DNA of 62,134 nucleotides from Acidimicrobiales bacterium (GTDB taxonomy: Bacteria > Actinomycetota > Acidimicrobiia > Acidimicrobiales > SZUA-35), in the NCBI GenBank assembly GCA_033851875.1, contig JAWSVN010000017.1, positions 277-62,410 on the forward strand, given 5' to 3'. Within the stretch, counting starts at the first letter, position 1; every line of letters starts with the position of its first letter. A model generated the notes under the pieces. It did not search any database and was not told the DNA's origin. It was given only the letters and a program-made list of their open reading frames with translations. Shown here in pieces: positions 1 to 10,700 of this stretch. Both the position numbers and the translations under genes were made by a program.

Positions 1-1
1 C

Positions 2-628
2 CTCCCGGTGCACGACGACTGTGTCGCCGCGGTGCGTGACGCCGGCGCGTTGTTGGAGTCGTTGGGCCATCGCGTCGAGCCGGGGTTCCCGTCGGTGCTG
101 GCCGACGCCTCGTTCAGCGGCCGGTTCATCGCCATGTGGGGCGCCGGCATGAAGACCGGCATCGATGCCCTCGGCGCGATGCTCGGACGGGAGTTGACCC
201 AGGACGAGGTGGAGCCGGTCAACTGGGCCCAGGTCGAGTTCGTCAAGGGCATGTCGGCGATCGACTACTCGACGGCGCTGGGTGCGGTGGCCGACTACCG
301 CCGCCAGGTGCAGTCGTGGTGGGCCGATGGTTGGGACCTGCTGCTCACCCCGACGATCGCTGAGCCGCCGCCCCGGATCGGCGAACACGCCAACGAACCC
401 GACAATCCGTTGGCGCCCCTGATGCGGGCCGGCGAGTACGTGACGTTCACGCCGCCGTTCAACACGAGCGGACAGCCGGCGATGAACCTGCCGCTGTGGT
501 GGAACGACGCCGGGCTGCCCATCGGCGTGCAGCTCGTGGCCGCCTACGGACGCGAGGACCTGCTGCTCCGGCTGGCGTCCCAGGTCGAGGCGGCCCGGCC
601 GTGGGCAGATCGCCGGCCCTCGGCCTGA
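2..628 (+). CDS. amidase-signature family amidase, C-terminal part (5' end outside window)
   Basis: The frame is open to the left edge. The tail ..FTPPFNTSGQPAMNLPLWWNDAGLPIGVQLVAAYGREDLLLRLASQVE.. matches the conserved C-terminus of GatA-like amidases. GC3 is high. Confidence 0.75.
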   Translation, partial: LPVHDDCVAAVRDAGALLESLGHRVEPGFPSVLADASFSGRFIAMWGAGMKTGIDALGAMLGRELTQDEVEPVNWAQVEFVKGMSAIDYSTALGAVADYRRQVQSWWADGWDLLLTPTIAEPPPRIGEHANEPDNPLAPLMRAGEYVTFTPPFNTSGQPAMNLPLWWNDAGLPIGVQLVAAYGREDLLLRLASQVEAARPWADRRPSA

Positions 629-668
629 TGACCGGAATAGACCGGACAATTCGACGGTTGGCAGAGCC

Positions 669-1037
669 ATGACCACCGTGAATCTGACCAAGGACACCTT
701 CGAGGAGACCATCACCGGAGAAGGCCTGGTGCTCCTCGACTTCTGGGCCGAGTGGTGCGGCCCGTGCCGGATGTTCGGCCCGATCTTCGAAGCGGCGTCC
801 GAGCAGCACCCCGACGCCGTGTTCGCCAAGATCGACACCGAGGCCGAGCAGGAGCTCGCCGGGTCGCTCAACATCATGTCGATCCCGACCCTGATGGTCG
901 CCCGCGACGGCATCGTGCTCTTCTCCCAGCCCGGCGCCCTGCCGGCCGAGGCCCTCGAGCAGCTGATCACCCAGGCCAAGGCCCTCGACATGGACGAGGT
1001 CCGCGCCGAGATCGCCGCCCAGCAGGCGAACGCCTAA
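669..1037 (+). CDS. trxA: thioredoxin
   Basis: 122 aa with the FWAEWCGPCR active site (WCGPC). The SIPTL cis-Pro loop and the length are typical of thioredoxin. Confidence 0.95.
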   Translation: MTTVNLTKDTFEETITGEGLVLLDFWAEWCGPCRMFGPIFEAASEQHPDAVFAKIDTEAEQELAGSLNIMSIPTLMVARDGIVLFSQPGALPAEALEQLITQAKALDMDEVRAEIAAQQANA

Positions 1038-2014
1038 CAGCCGATGCGGGTCTCGACGACGATGCCGTCGTCGTCGATGACCGTCACGTCACCGTCGGGC
1101 GGGATGTAGCCGATCACGGCCGCGGGGCGAGCTGAGGCGGCCGCCGCGGCCTCGGCGATCGAGATGCCGGCGAACCGGGCCAGGTTGCGCACCCCGGTGT
1201 CGATGCCGACGGTGGCGCCGGCCAGGGTCCCGTCGGGCAGCGTGCCGACCGGTTCGTCGCGTTCGCCGATCCACGAGATCGCGTCGCTCACCAGCACGAT
1301 CCGCTCGGCGGCCAGGCGCCACGAGAGGCGGACGACTTCCGGGGCGACGTGGTGGCCGTCCGCGATCAGACCGACGGCGGCGTCGCAGCGGTCGCCGAGC
1401 AGGGCGGCAGCCAGGCCCGGCGTGCGGTGGTGCAGGCCGCCCATCGCGTTGAAGAGGTGGGTGCCCATCGTGGCCCCGGCGGCGAAGGCCCGCTGCGCGG
1501 CGTCGCTGTCGATGTCGGTGTGGCCGAGCGACACGGTCACCCCGGCCTCGACGAGGGCCTCGATCGCCTCGTGGGCGGCCGCTTCGCTCGGCGCTGCGTC
1601 GGGGGCCAGTGTCACCAGCCGGACACCCCGGTCGGCCCGCAGCGGGGCGACGGCCTCGGGGGTCAACGGTCGGAGGACCGAACGGTCGTGGGCCCCGGCA
1701 CGGGCTGGGGCGAGGAATGGCCCCTCGACGTGCCAGCCGATCGGTCGGGCGCCGCGGTAGCCAGCGGGTGCGCCTGTCGCGCGGACCGCGAACGCGCGGT
1801 CCCAGACGGCAACGCCCTCGCTGGTGAGGGTCGGGCAGAAGGCGGTGACCCCGAATCGGGGCAGCCGTTCGCCGACCGCCCAGATCGCCTCGGGGTTGCG
1901 GGCGAAGTGGTGACCCCACCCGCCGTTGATCTGGAGATCGACGAAGCCGCCGGGGATCTCAGGCAGTGACCTGCTCCTGATCGGTGAGGCCGAGCTGTTC
2001 GACCGCAGCGTCAC
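1034..2014 (-). CDS. nagA: N-acetylglucosamine-6-phosphate deacetylase-like amidohydrolase (N-terminally short)
   Basis: [32 protein letters not shown] and VSDA match NagA-type motifs. The protein lacks roughly the first 50 aa of canonical NagA. Its 5' end overlaps the upstream ligase gene by 56 nt. Confidence 0.65.
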   Translation of the reverse strand: MTLRSNSSASPIRSRSLPEIPGGFVDLQINGGWGHHFARNPEAIWAVGERLPRFGVTAFCPTLTSEGVAVWDRAFAVRATGAPAGYRGARPIGWHVEGPFLAPARAGAHDRSVLRPLTPEAVAPLRADRGVRLVTLAPDAAPSEAAAHEAIEALVEAGVTVSLGHTDIDSDAAQRAFAAGATMGTHLFNAMGGLHHRTPGLAAALLGDRCDAAVGLIADGHHVAPEVVRLSWRLAAERIVLVSDAISWIGERDEPVGTLPDGTLAGATVGIDTGVRNLARFAGISIAEAAAAASARPAAVIGYIPPDGDVTVIDDDGIVVETRIGC

Positions 2015-3602
2015 GCAGCTTGAACTTCTGGATCTTGCCGGTGACCGTCATCGGGAACTCCTCGGTCACGATCACGTAGCGGGGCACCTTGTAGTGCGCG
2101 ATCTTGCCCTTGCAGAACTCCTTGACCTCCTCGGCGGTGAGTTCTGCTCCGTCCTCGGTCTGGACCCAGGCCGCCACCTCCTCGCCGTACTTGGCGTCGG
2201 GCACGCCGATCACCTGGACGTCGCGGATGTTGGGGTGGGAGTAGAGGAACTCCTCGATCTCACGGGGGTAGACGTTCTCGCCGCCCCGGATGACCATGTC
2301 CTTGATGCGGCCGACGATGTTGGCGTAGCCCTCGTCGTCCATCACCGCCAGGTCGCCGGTGTGCATCCAGCCATCCGCGTCGATGGCATCCGCGGTGCGT
2401 TCCGGGTCGTTCCAGTAGCCCTGCATCACCGAGTAGCCCCGGGTGCAGAACTCACCCGAGGTGCCGCGGGGCACGGTCTCGCCGGTCTCTGGGTCGACGA
2501 CCTTGATCTCGATGTGGGGCAGGACCCGGCCGACCGTGCCGACCTTCTTCTCGAGCGGATCGTCCGGCGACGTCTGGGTCGACACCGGGGACGTCTCGGT
2601 CATGCCATACGCGATGGTGACCTCGTCCATGTGCATCTGGTCGACGCACTGCTTCATCACCTCGATCGGGCACGGCGAGCCGGCCATGATCCCGGTCCGC
2701 AGGCTGGTCAGGTCGTAGTCGGCGAAGCCGGCCTCGCCGAGCTGTGCGATGAACATCGTCGGCACGCCGTAGAGCGAGGTGCAGCGCTGGTTCGCGGTGG
2801 CCTCGAGGGTGGCGACCGGCTCGAACGACGGGGCCGGGAACACCATGGCGGCGCCGTGGGTGAGGCAGCCGAGCACGCCCATCACCATGCCGAAGCAGTG
2901 GTAGAGGGGCACGGGGATGTTGACCCGATCGGCCTCGGTGTAGTGGCAGGCCTCGCCGACGAAGAAGCCGTTGTTCAAGATGTTGCGGTGGGTCAGGGTG
3001 GCCCCCTTGGGGTACCCGGTGGTGCCCGAGGTGTACTGGATGTTGATCGGGTCATTCGCGGCGAGGCCGCCCGAGACCTCGGCCAGCTGGTCGGCGCTCA
3101 CCTCGTCGGCCTTGGCCAGGAGCGCCGGCCAGTCGTCGGTGCCGATCCAGTAGACCTGCTCGAGGTCGGGCAGGTCGCCCCGCACCTCGTCGATCATGCC
3201 GACGTAGTCGCTGGTCTTGAACGAGGTCGCGGCGACGAGCCCCTTGCAGCCGGACTGGGCGAGGGCGTACTGCACCTCGTGGGTCCGGTAGGCCGGGTTG
3301 ATGCAGACCATGATCACGCCGATGCGTGCGGTCGCGAGCTGGGTGGTCACCCACTCGACGTTGTTCGGTGACCAGATGCCGAGGCGGTCGCCCTTGGCGA
3401 AGCCGGCGGCGAGCAGGGCGCGGGCCAACCGATCGACCTCGTCACGCAGTTCGGTGTAGGTCCAGTGGACGTCCTGGAACGGCACCACGATGGCGTCGCG
3501 GTCGCCGTGGGCGGCGGTGATGCGGTCGAGGCAGGCGCCGATGGTCTCGTCGAGCAGCGCCGGTTCGGTGGCGCCGACGGTGTGGCTGGGCTGGTGCGAC
3601 AT
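1959..3602 (-). CDS. AMP-dependent acyl-CoA synthetase/ligase
   Basis: 547 aa with the AMP-binding motif [16 protein letters not shown], plus TGDLAV and the C-terminal [11 protein letters not shown]. Confidence 0.9.
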   Translation of the reverse strand: MSHQPSHTVGATEPALLDETIGACLDRITAAHGDRDAIVVPFQDVHWTYTELRDEVDRLARALLAAGFAKGDRLGIWSPNNVEWVTTQLATARIGVIMVCINPAYRTHEVQYALAQSGCKGLVAATSFKTSDYVGMIDEVRGDLPDLEQVYWIGTDDWPALLAKADEVSADQLAEVSGGLAANDPINIQYTSGTTGYPKGATLTHRNILNNGFFVGEACHYTEADRVNIPVPLYHCFGMVMGVLGCLTHGAAMVFPAPSFEPVATLEATANQRCTSLYGVPTMFIAQLGEAGFADYDLTSLRTGIMAGSPCPIEVMKQCVDQMHMDEVTIAYGMTETSPVSTQTSPDDPLEKKVGTVGRVLPHIEIKVVDPETGETVPRGTSGEFCTRGYSVMQGYWNDPERTADAIDADGWMHTGDLAVMDDEGYANIVGRIKDMVIRGGENVYPREIEEFLYSHPNIRDVQVIGVPDAKYGEEVAAWVQTEDGAELTAEEVKEFCKGKIAHYKVPRYVIVTEEFPMTVTGKIQKFKLRDAAVEQLGLTDQEQVTA

Positions 3603-3644
3603 GGGTCACATGGTGCCACAGTCCCGAGGCTCAGCCCAGGGGTG

Positions 3645-5666
3645 TCAACCCAGTCGCCGACGACGCAACAGCGGAGCGATGTCGGGGTCCTTGCCCCGGA
3701 AGGAGAGGTAGCCCTCCATGGCGTCGACCGAGTTGCCCTTCGAGAGCACCTGCTCTCGGAAGAACTGACCGTTCTCCCTGGTGAGGCCGCCGTTCTCCAT
3801 GAACCACTCCCCCGCGTCGGCGTCGAGCACCTCCGACCAGATGTAGGAGTAGTAGGCGGCCGAGTAGCCGCCGCCGAAGATGTGGTTGAAGTAGGTGCTG
3901 CGGTAGCGAGGCGGGATCTTGGCGTGGGCGATGCCGGCCTTGGCCAGGGCGTCGGCCTCGAAGGCCTCGACGTCGTCGGGGCCGAGCGCTGCCAGGGCCT
4001 CGGCGTCGAGCTGGTGCCAGGCCTGGTCGAGCAGGGTGGCGGCCAGGTACTCGGTGGTCGCGAACCCCTCGCCGTAGGCCCGGGCGGCCCGCACCTTCTC
4101 GAGCAGCTCGGTCGGCATCGGTTCACCGGTCTCGTGGTGCACCGCGTAGCGGGCCAGGATCGCCGGGTCCTCCAGCCACATCTCGTTGACCTGGGACGGG
4201 AACTCGACGTAGTCACGGGGCACGGCGGTGCCGGCCAGGCTCGGGAACCAGACGTCGCTGAACAACCCGTGGAGGGCGTGGCCGAACTCGTGGAACAGGG
4301 TGCGGACCTCGTCCATCGTCAGCAGGGCGGGCTCACCCGGGGCCGGCTTGGTGAAGTTGCACGTGTTCATCACCACCGGGCCGCGGCCGAGCATCCGGCT
4401 CTGCGACACGACCGCGTTCATCCACGCCCCGCCTCGCTTGGACGGCCGGGCGAAGTAGTCGCCGCCGAAGAGCCCGAGGACCGAACCGTCGGCCTCGCGG
4501 ACCTCCCAGTAGCGGACATCGGGGTGGAGCTTGGGGAGGTCGTCGCGGGGTATGAACTCGAGGCCGAAGAGCTGGTTGGCGGCAGCGAACACGCCATCGG
4601 TGATCACCCGGTCGAGTTCGAGGTAGGGACGCAGCGCAGCATCGTCGACGGCCAGCTTCTCCAGGCGGACCTTCTGGGCGTAGAACGCCCAGTCCCATGC
4701 CTCGATCTCGTGACCGGCGATCGCCTCGAGCTCGGCGGCCTCGGCATCGGCGTTGGCCATCGCGGCGGGCACGAGCTTGGCCAGCATCGTGGCGACGGCG
4801 TCGACCGACCCGGCCGTCGAGTCGGCGATCACGTAGTCGGCGTGGCTGGCGAAGCCGAGCAGGGCGGCCCGCTCGGCGCGGAGCTGGGCCTGACGCACGA
4901 TGTTGGCCCGGGTGTCGGTGGCCTCGTCGACGCCGGTGCCCCGGCTGATCGACGCCTCGAACACCGCCTGTCGGAGGTCGCGGTCGGCGAGCGACGACAG
5001 CGCCGGTTGCCCGGTCGGCAGCACGAGGGGGAAGTTCCAGGTGCCGTCGCCGGCGGTCGCGGCCGCGGCGGCGATCTCGCCGTCGGACAGGCCTTCGAGA
5101 CGGTCACGGTCGGCGACCTTGACGGCGCCGGCGTTGGCCCCCTTCAACAGCTTCTCGCCGAAGGCGGTGCCGAGGCTCGACAGCTCGGCGTTGAGCGCCT
5201 TCAGCGTGTCCTTGTCGGCCGGCGAGAGCTGAGCGCCGGCGCGGACGAACGAGTCATAGGTGCGCTCCAGCAGTCGCAGCGCCTCGGGGCCGAGGCCGAG
5301 CTCGGCCCGACGGTCGTGGAGGTCGGCGACCCGGGCGAAGAGGCGGTCGTCGAGGGTGATGGCGTCGCTGTGGGCCGACAGCTTCGGGGAGATCTCGGCG
5401 TTGATCGCGTCGATCGTGTCGTTGCTGTGGGCCGACACCCGGGAGTAGAAGACGATCAGGGCCCGGTCGAGCTGCTGGCCGCCAGCCTCGAGGGCGCCGA
5501 TCGTGTTGTCGAACGTGACCTCAGGCTGGGCGATGATCGCGTCGACCTCGGCGCGATGGGCCGCCATGCCGTCGATGATCGCCGGTCCGAAGTCGTCGTC
5601 GCCGATCGCGTCGAAGTCCGGGAGTTGGAACGGGAGCGAGCTCGGAGCGGAGAAGGGGTTCGCCAT
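3645..5666 (-). CDS. dcp: M3 family peptidyl-dipeptidase (Dcp-like zinc metallopeptidase)
   Basis: 673 aa with the HEFGHALHG zinc motif (HExxH). Length and overall sequence are typical of Dcp/oligopeptidase A. Confidence 0.85.
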   Translation of the reverse strand: MANPFSAPSSLPFQLPDFDAIGDDDFGPAIIDGMAAHRAEVDAIIAQPEVTFDNTIGALEAGGQQLDRALIVFYSRVSAHSNDTIDAINAEISPKLSAHSDAITLDDRLFARVADLHDRRAELGLGPEALRLLERTYDSFVRAGAQLSPADKDTLKALNAELSSLGTAFGEKLLKGANAGAVKVADRDRLEGLSDGEIAAAAATAGDGTWNFPLVLPTGQPALSSLADRDLRQAVFEASISRGTGVDEATDTRANIVRQAQLRAERAALLGFASHADYVIADSTAGSVDAVATMLAKLVPAAMANADAEAAELEAIAGHEIEAWDWAFYAQKVRLEKLAVDDAALRPYLELDRVITDGVFAAANQLFGLEFIPRDDLPKLHPDVRYWEVREADGSVLGLFGGDYFARPSKRGGAWMNAVVSQSRMLGRGPVVMNTCNFTKPAPGEPALLTMDEVRTLFHEFGHALHGLFSDVWFPSLAGTAVPRDYVEFPSQVNEMWLEDPAILARYAVHHETGEPMPTELLEKVRAARAYGEGFATTEYLAATLLDQAWHQLDAEALAALGPDDVEAFEADALAKAGIAHAKIPPRYRSTYFNHIFGGGYSAAYYSYIWSEVLDADAGEWFMENGGLTRENGQFFREQVLSKGNSVDAMEGYLSFRGKDPDIAPLLRRRRLG

Positions 5667-5675
5667 CCGGGGAGG

Positions 5676-6392
5676 CTATCGCGACGCGAGGTTGCGGGCT
5701 TGCTCCTGGACCTCGGCGAGCTTCACGGCGAGCTGGTCGGTGAAGGCTCGCATGTCGTCGCGGTTGGCGCGCTTGCCGGTGGCGCCGACCGGGGGGTCCA
5801 TCAGCTCGCCGACGACGATGCCGACGGTCGAGCGGCGGATCATCTTGGCCCCCTCGGGCATCGCCTCGCCGGTTCCCGAGATCCCGATCGGCACGACCTT
5901 GGCCCCGGTCCGGGCCGCCAGCCAGGCGGCACCGTCGAACAGTTCGGCGATGTCGTGGCCGTTCTGGCGGCCCCCTTCGGGGAAGACGATCATCGCCTCG
6001 CCCCGGTCCAGGAGCGCCTTCGCCGCGGCGAGGGCCTCACGGTCGGCCTGCCCGCGACGCACGGGGATCGCGCCGAGGGCGGCGCAGAAGAACGACAGCA
6101 CGGGGACGGTGAACAGCGACTCCTTGCCGAGCGCTCGGATCCGGCGCCGGCAGGTGGTGGCGACCAGTACCGAGTCGAGGTGGGACCGATGCACCGGTGC
6201 CAGGATGAGTGGGCCCGGCGTCTCGAGGACCTCCGAGCCGGTCCACCGCACCCGCAACAGGGGATGCAGCACGAGCCGGATCAGCTTGTGGACGACCCGG
6301 TAGACGCGGAGCGACGAGGCTCGATCACCGGTGGCGAACGCCTTCTCCCGGAGTTCGGCGCTCTGTTCCCTGGTCAGCGAGTCGGTCCCCAC
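5676..6392 (-). CDS. plsC: 1-acyl-sn-glycerol-3-phosphate acyltransferase
   Basis: 238 aa with the PVHRSHLDS (HX4D) and VFPEGGR acyltransferase motifs. Confidence 0.85.
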   Translation of the reverse strand: MGTDSLTREQSAELREKAFATGDRASSLRVYRVVHKLIRLVLHPLLRVRWTGSEVLETPGPLILAPVHRSHLDSVLVATTCRRRIRALGKESLFTVPVLSFFCAALGAIPVRRGQADREALAAAKALLDRGEAMIVFPEGGRQNGHDIAELFDGAAWLAARTGAKVVPIGISGTGEAMPEGAKMIRRSTVGIVVGELMDPPVGATGKRANRDDMRAFTDQLAVKLAEVQEQARNLASR

Positions 6393-6403
6393 GAAGGGTC
6401 AAG

Positions 6404-6706
6404 CTACCGCGAAAGGAAGGTGTCCCAGCGAGCGTCGATCTCCGATTCGACGGCCGACAGGCGGGCGGCAGCAGCCGGGCCGAGCGGCACGGCGCCGGCG
6501 GCGAAGGCGAGGGCTTCCTCCTCGGCCAGCAGGTCGACCAGGACCAGGCTGTCGACCGTCGGCACGAATCGGTCGGTGGGCCGCACGAATTCGGTCTCCC
6601 GGATCCGACTCCCCGACACCCCGTCGCGAAGGTCGATCGTGCGCTCGACGATGTGCTCGAGCGCGGGCAGGTCGGTGGTCGTGGTAGCGGCGGGAGCGAC
6701 GGACAT
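6404..6706 (-). CDS. small hypothetical protein (100 aa), paralogue of the 17131-17397 product
   Basis: Start is ATG at 6706, inside the 227-aa track ORF. The upstream part of that ORF is antisense to the MFS gene. The C-terminus DLLAEEEAL..ARLSAVESEIDARWDTFL resembles the 17131 gene and, from memory, DUF2630-type actinobacterial proteins. It lies 11 nt upstream of plsC. Confidence 0.5.
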   Translation of the reverse strand: MSVAPAATTTTDLPALEHIVERTIDLRDGVSGSRIRETEFVRPTDRFVPTVDSLVLVDLLAEEEALAFAAGAVPLGPAAAARLSAVESEIDARWDTFLSR

Positions 6707-6766
6707 GTTCTGGATGACGTCTCCGGAACGGAAAGGTCGCGAATCTCTCCCGTAGCCTTCGATCCG

Positions 6767-7975
6767 ATGGGTCCCCGGCCGACGTCCACCGCGCTCCGCC
6801 GGCTCGTGCTGCCCGTCTACCTGCCGGTGCTGGCGGTCAACGCCGGGGTCAGCATGCTCGTGCCGATCCTCCCGCTCTACCTCGAGTCGCTGTCGCTCGA
6901 CTACTCCGCCATCGGCTACGTCCTGGCCGCAGCCGGGCTCGGTTCGGCGCTGTCGCAGCTGCCGGTCGGCGAGATGCTGCGACGCCGGAGCGAGACCGAG
7001 ACGATGGTGATCTCGGTGCTGGTGCTCGCCGGTTCGGTCGCCCTGCTCGGCGCGACCGGCGCCGCGTTGGCGTTGGTCGGCCTGCAATTCGTGTGGGGCG
7101 TCGGCTCGGTCGGCTGGCTGTTGTCACGCCAGTCGTTCCTCACCCGCACCGTCGACCCCGTGCTCCGCGGTCGGGCGATGTCGCTGTTCGGCGGCACGAT
7201 CCGTCTCGCCTACCTGATCGGGCCCCTGCTCGGCGGCTGGACAGCGGACCGGTTCGGCTTCTCCACCGCGTTCTGGGCGACGGCGGTCGTGACGGCGGCC
7301 GGGCTCGTGCCGCTGCTGTTCTGGCGGCCGATCGCCGGCGAGGTCCGCACAAACGCCGAGACCATCGAGGCGGCGGCGGCCGAGGGGTCGTTGCGGGGCC
7401 ATCGCACCGCCCTCGCCGTGGCCGGCGCCGGGCAGCTGTGCGTCATGTTGGCCCGCCAGGGCCGCTTCGTGGTGTTGCCGTTGATCGGCGCCGCGTTCGG
7501 CCTCGACCCCGGCGAGGTCGGGGTGCTGGTCGCGGTCGGCAGCTTCGCCGACCTGGTGTTGTTCCCGGTGTCCGGGGTGTTGATGGACCGCTTCGGCCGA
7601 CTGTTCGCCATCGTGCCGTCGTTCACCCTGCTCGGCGTCGGCCTCCTCGTGTTGTCGCGAGCCGACGGGACCACGGGTGTGGCGGTGGCCGCGGTCGTGA
7701 TGGGGGTCGGCAACGGGCTGGGATCGGGCACGATGCTGACCCTGTCGAGCGACCTGGCGCCGGTGGCGTCGCCGGCCCGGTTCCTCGCCTCGATGGGCGC
7801 GATCCGCGACGTCGGCAAGATCATCGGCCCGATCATCGTCGGCTCGTTGGCCGATGCCGCCGGCCTCGACGCGTCGTCGCTCGCCCTGGCCGCCGTCGCC
7901 GGGCTCGGGGTGGTCATCATCGCGTTCGGCGTGGGCGAAACCCGTGGCCGGGCCGCCGCCGCTGCGCCAAGCTGA
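6767..7975 (+). CDS. MFS transporter
   Basis: ATG at 6767, in frame within the 588-aa track ORF. About 12 hydrophobic helices are visible, with typical MFS loops such as GEMLRRRS and MDRFGR. Confidence 0.8.
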   Translation: MGPRPTSTALRRLVLPVYLPVLAVNAGVSMLVPILPLYLESLSLDYSAIGYVLAAAGLGSALSQLPVGEMLRRRSETETMVISVLVLAGSVALLGATGAALALVGLQFVWGVGSVGWLLSRQSFLTRTVDPVLRGRAMSLFGGTIRLAYLIGPLLGGWTADRFGFSTAFWATAVVTAAGLVPLLFWRPIAGEVRTNAETIEAAAAEGSLRGHRTALAVAGAGQLCVMLARQGRFVVLPLIGAAFGLDPGEVGVLVAVGSFADLVLFPVSGVLMDRFGRLFAIVPSFTLLGVGLLVLSRADGTTGVAVAAVVMGVGNGLGSGTMLTLSSDLAPVASPARFLASMGAIRDVGKIIGPIIVGSLADAAGLDASSLALAAVAGLGVVIIAFGVGETRGRAAAAAPS

Positions 7976-7979
7976 GTCG

Positions 7980-8249
7980 ATGACGACACGACGAGGCAGC
8001 AACGCTGACTGGTTCGCCTACGAGGGCCGCCCAGGCTGGCGGCACCGCCGGTTCCGCGCGGGCTTCAAGACCGCCGATCTCGAGGCACCCGGCTGGGCTG
8101 CCATCGCCACCGCCGGGCTCGCGATCGCCGCGATCGTGTGGCGAGTCCTCGGCGCCCCGTGGTGGCTTGCGCTGCCGACGACGCTGAGCGGTTGGATCGG
8201 AGCCCGGGTCGCCGACGAAGTCGCCTGGCGGCGACTGCCGAGCGGCTAG
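7980..8249 (+). CDS. small membrane protein (89 aa), hypothetical
   Basis: ATG at 7980. Two hydrophobic helices (WAAIATAGLAIAAIVW and WWLALPTTLSGWIG). GC3 is high. Confidence 0.4.
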   Translation: MTTRRGSNADWFAYEGRPGWRHRRFRAGFKTADLEAPGWAAIATAGLAIAAIVWRVLGAPWWLALPTTLSGWIGARVADEVAWRRLPSG

Positions 8250-8307
8250 GGAGTCGCCCCTACTTCGCGCAGGTGCAGCTCGCGGTCGAATCGGCCAGAG
8301 TGGGGCG

Positions 8308-9789
8308 GTGACCGCCCGCCCGCTCGACCGATTGCTGCGACGCCGACCAACCGAATCGGCCGATCCCCTCGTGGCGGAGCTGCGTGCCGCGCTGTCGGCC
8401 GACCGGGTGCGGACCGACGGGGCCGAGCGGGCGCTGATGGCCCATGACGCGTCGGTGTTCGACGGCGGCGTCGCCGGGCCGGTGTGTTTCCCGACCTCAG
8501 CCGATGAGGTCGCCGCGATCGTGACGATCGCCAACGCTCACGGCCGAGCCGTCGTGCCCCGTGGCGCCGGCACCGGCCTCGCCGGCGGGGCGATCCCACT
8601 CGGCGCCCCGGTGGTCGTCGCCCTGGCCAAGATGCACCGGATCCTCGAGGTCGACCTCGACAACGAGATCGCCTGGGTCGAACCCGGGGTGGTCAACCTC
8701 GACCTGTCGCGTCACCTCGCTCCCCTCGGCTACCACTTCGCCCCCGACCCGTCGTCGCAACAGGTGTGCACGATCGGCGGGAACGTCGCCAACAACTCCG
8801 GCGGCCCCCACTGCCTGTCGGAAGGGGTCACCAACGCCCACGTCGTCGCCGTCGACGTCGTATTGCCGGACGGCACCGAGGCCCGTCTCGGCGGCCTCGA
8901 CGGCGAACCGCCCGGCTACGACCTGCGAGGTGCATTCGTCGGCGGTGAGGGCACGCTCGGCATCGCCACCCGGATCGCCGTGCGGCTCACCCCCACCCCG
9001 CCGGTGGTGCGGACACTGCTGTTGTCGTTCGCCACGGTCGGCGACGCCGCTCGCACGGTCAGCGCCGTGATCGCCGCGGGGATCGTGCCGGCCGCCCTCG
9101 AGGTGATGGACCAGCGCATGACCACCGCGGTGGAGAACTACGTGGCCGCCGGCTATCCGACCGACGCCGCCGCGGTGTTGCTGGCCGAGGTCGACGGCCT
9201 CGAGGCAGGCACGGCGATCGAGGCGGCCGAGATCGAACGCATCGGCCGGGCCGAGGGCGCCACCGACGTGCGGCTCGCGGCGGACGAGGCCGAGCGGGCG
9301 GCCCTGTGGAAGGGACGCAAGACCGCCTTCGGGGCGATCGCCCAGCTCGCCCCCGACTACTACCTCCACGACACGGTCGTGCCCCGATCGGCTCTGGCCG
9401 AGATCCTCGAGGCGACCTACGAGATCGCCGACCGCCACGACCTGTTGGTGATGAACGTCTTCCACGCCGGCGACGGCAACATGCATCCCCTCCTGGTGTT
9501 CGACGCCCGCGAGCCCGGGATCCTCGAGCGGGTGCACGCGGCGGGGGCCGAGATCATCACCGCCTCGCTCGACGCCGGAGGGATGCTCTCGGGTGAACAC
9601 GGGATCGGGGTGGAGAAGCAGGGCTACATGGCCCGCATCTTCAGCGACGACGACCTCGACCACCAAGACCGGCTGCGCCGCAGCTTCGACCCCCAGTGCC
9701 GGGCCAATCCGGGCAAGGTGTTGCCGCTCGGCCACAGCTGTGCCGACATCGCCGCCCTGCGGTCCATGCCGACAGGGGTCTGGGGATGA
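8308..9789 (+). CDS. glcD: FAD-linked oxidase, glycolate oxidase subunit GlcD-like
   Basis: 493 aa with a PCMH-type FAD-binding region (VVPRGAGTGLAGGA) and the C-terminal GEHGIGVEK motif. Confidence 0.8.
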   Translation: MTARPLDRLLRRRPTESADPLVAELRAALSADRVRTDGAERALMAHDASVFDGGVAGPVCFPTSADEVAAIVTIANAHGRAVVPRGAGTGLAGGAIPLGAPVVVALAKMHRILEVDLDNEIAWVEPGVVNLDLSRHLAPLGYHFAPDPSSQQVCTIGGNVANNSGGPHCLSEGVTNAHVVAVDVVLPDGTEARLGGLDGEPPGYDLRGAFVGGEGTLGIATRIAVRLTPTPPVVRTLLLSFATVGDAARTVSAVIAAGIVPAALEVMDQRMTTAVENYVAAGYPTDAAAVLLAEVDGLEAGTAIEAAEIERIGRAEGATDVRLAADEAERAALWKGRKTAFGAIAQLAPDYYLHDTVVPRSALAEILEATYEIADRHDLLVMNVFHAGDGNMHPLLVFDAREPGILERVHAAGAEIITASLDAGGMLSGEHGIGVEKQGYMARIFSDDDLDHQDRLRRSFDPQCRANPGKVLPLGHSCADIAALRSMPTGVWG

Positions 9790-10700
9790 GCCGCCTCGCG
9801 ATCGATGCCGCGCTGGCCGGCTTCGCCGACGAGGTGGGCGCCGAGGGGCCGGTGGCGGTCGAGGGTGGCCGCACCCGCTGGGATCTCGGGCGCGGCGATG
9901 GGTCAGAACCGCGGTTGGTGCGAGCGCCGAGCGGCATCGTCGAACACCTGCCGGCCGAGATGACGGTCCGGGTCCGGGCCGGCACGCCGGTGGCGGAGCT
10001 CGACTCCGCCCTGGCCGAGGCCGGTCAGCGGTGCGCCCTGCCCGACCGTGGGGCGGGCCCCGCCGGTCCGTCGACGGTGGGCGGCGCCGTGATGGTCGCC
10101 GAGAACCACCTCCATTCGCTCGGGCGGGGACGGCTGCGCGACTCGGTGCTCGAGGTCCGCTACGTCTCGGCCGAGGGCAAGGTCATCATCGGCGGCGGCC
10201 CGACGGTGAAGAATGTGACCGGGTTCGACCTGCCCCGCCTCCTCACCGGATCGCTCGGCACGATCGGGCTGCTCGGCGAGGTCGTGTTGCGCACCAACCC
10301 GATCCCCGCCGCCCACCGCTGGGTCGCGGTCACCGACGCCGAACCGCGGGCCGTGCGACGAGCCGTGCTGCGGCCCGGAGCGATCGCCTGGGACGGTGAG
10401 ACGGCGTGGGTGCTGCTCGAAGGCCACGAACCGGACGTCGAGGCCGGCGCCGCCGCGTTGGCGCTGCTCGGCGACGTCACCGACAGTGACGGCCCGCCAG
10501 CCTTGCCCCATCGGTGGTCCCGCACCCCGGCCCAGCAGTACGACTCGCCCGGCGTGAACTACCTCGGCACCGGGGTCACGGTCGCCGACCAGCCCGACCC
10601 GAACCCGCCGACGGTCGATCCCGGCGCCGCGACCGTGGCGGCCCGGGTCGTCGCCAACTTCGACCCGACCGGGCGCCTCAACCCCCAGGTGAGCTGCTGA
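9786..10700 (+). CDS. glcE: FAD-binding oxidase subunit GlcE-like
   Basis: ATG at 9786 overlaps the glcD stop (ATGA). The sequence is FAD-binding-4-like (GGGPTVKNVTGFDL). It sits between the glcD and glcF homologues. Confidence 0.7.
   Translation: MSRLAIDAALAGFADEVGAEGPVAVEGGRTRWDLGRGDGSEPRLVRAPSGIVEHLPAEMTVRVRAGTPVAELDSALAEAGQRCALPDRGAGPAGPSTVGGAVMVAENHLHSLGRGRLRDSVLEVRYVSAEGKVIIGGGPTVKNVTGFDLPRLLTGSLGTIGLLGEVVLRTNPIPAAHRWVAVTDAEPRAVRRAVLRPGAIAWDGETAWVLLEGHEPDVEAGAAALALLGDVTDSDGPPALPHRWSRTPAQQYDSPGVNYLGTGVTVADQPDPNPPTVDPGAATVAARVVANFDPTGRLNPQVSC

Noticed and set aside
3465-6755. 1096-aa ORF on the plus strand spanning the dcp and plsC region
   Set aside because: It is antisense to two well-supported genes (HEFGH peptidase, HX4D acyltransferase). 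The composition is Arg/Gly/Ala/Pro-rich with no recognisable motifs, which is a typical high-GC shadow ORF.
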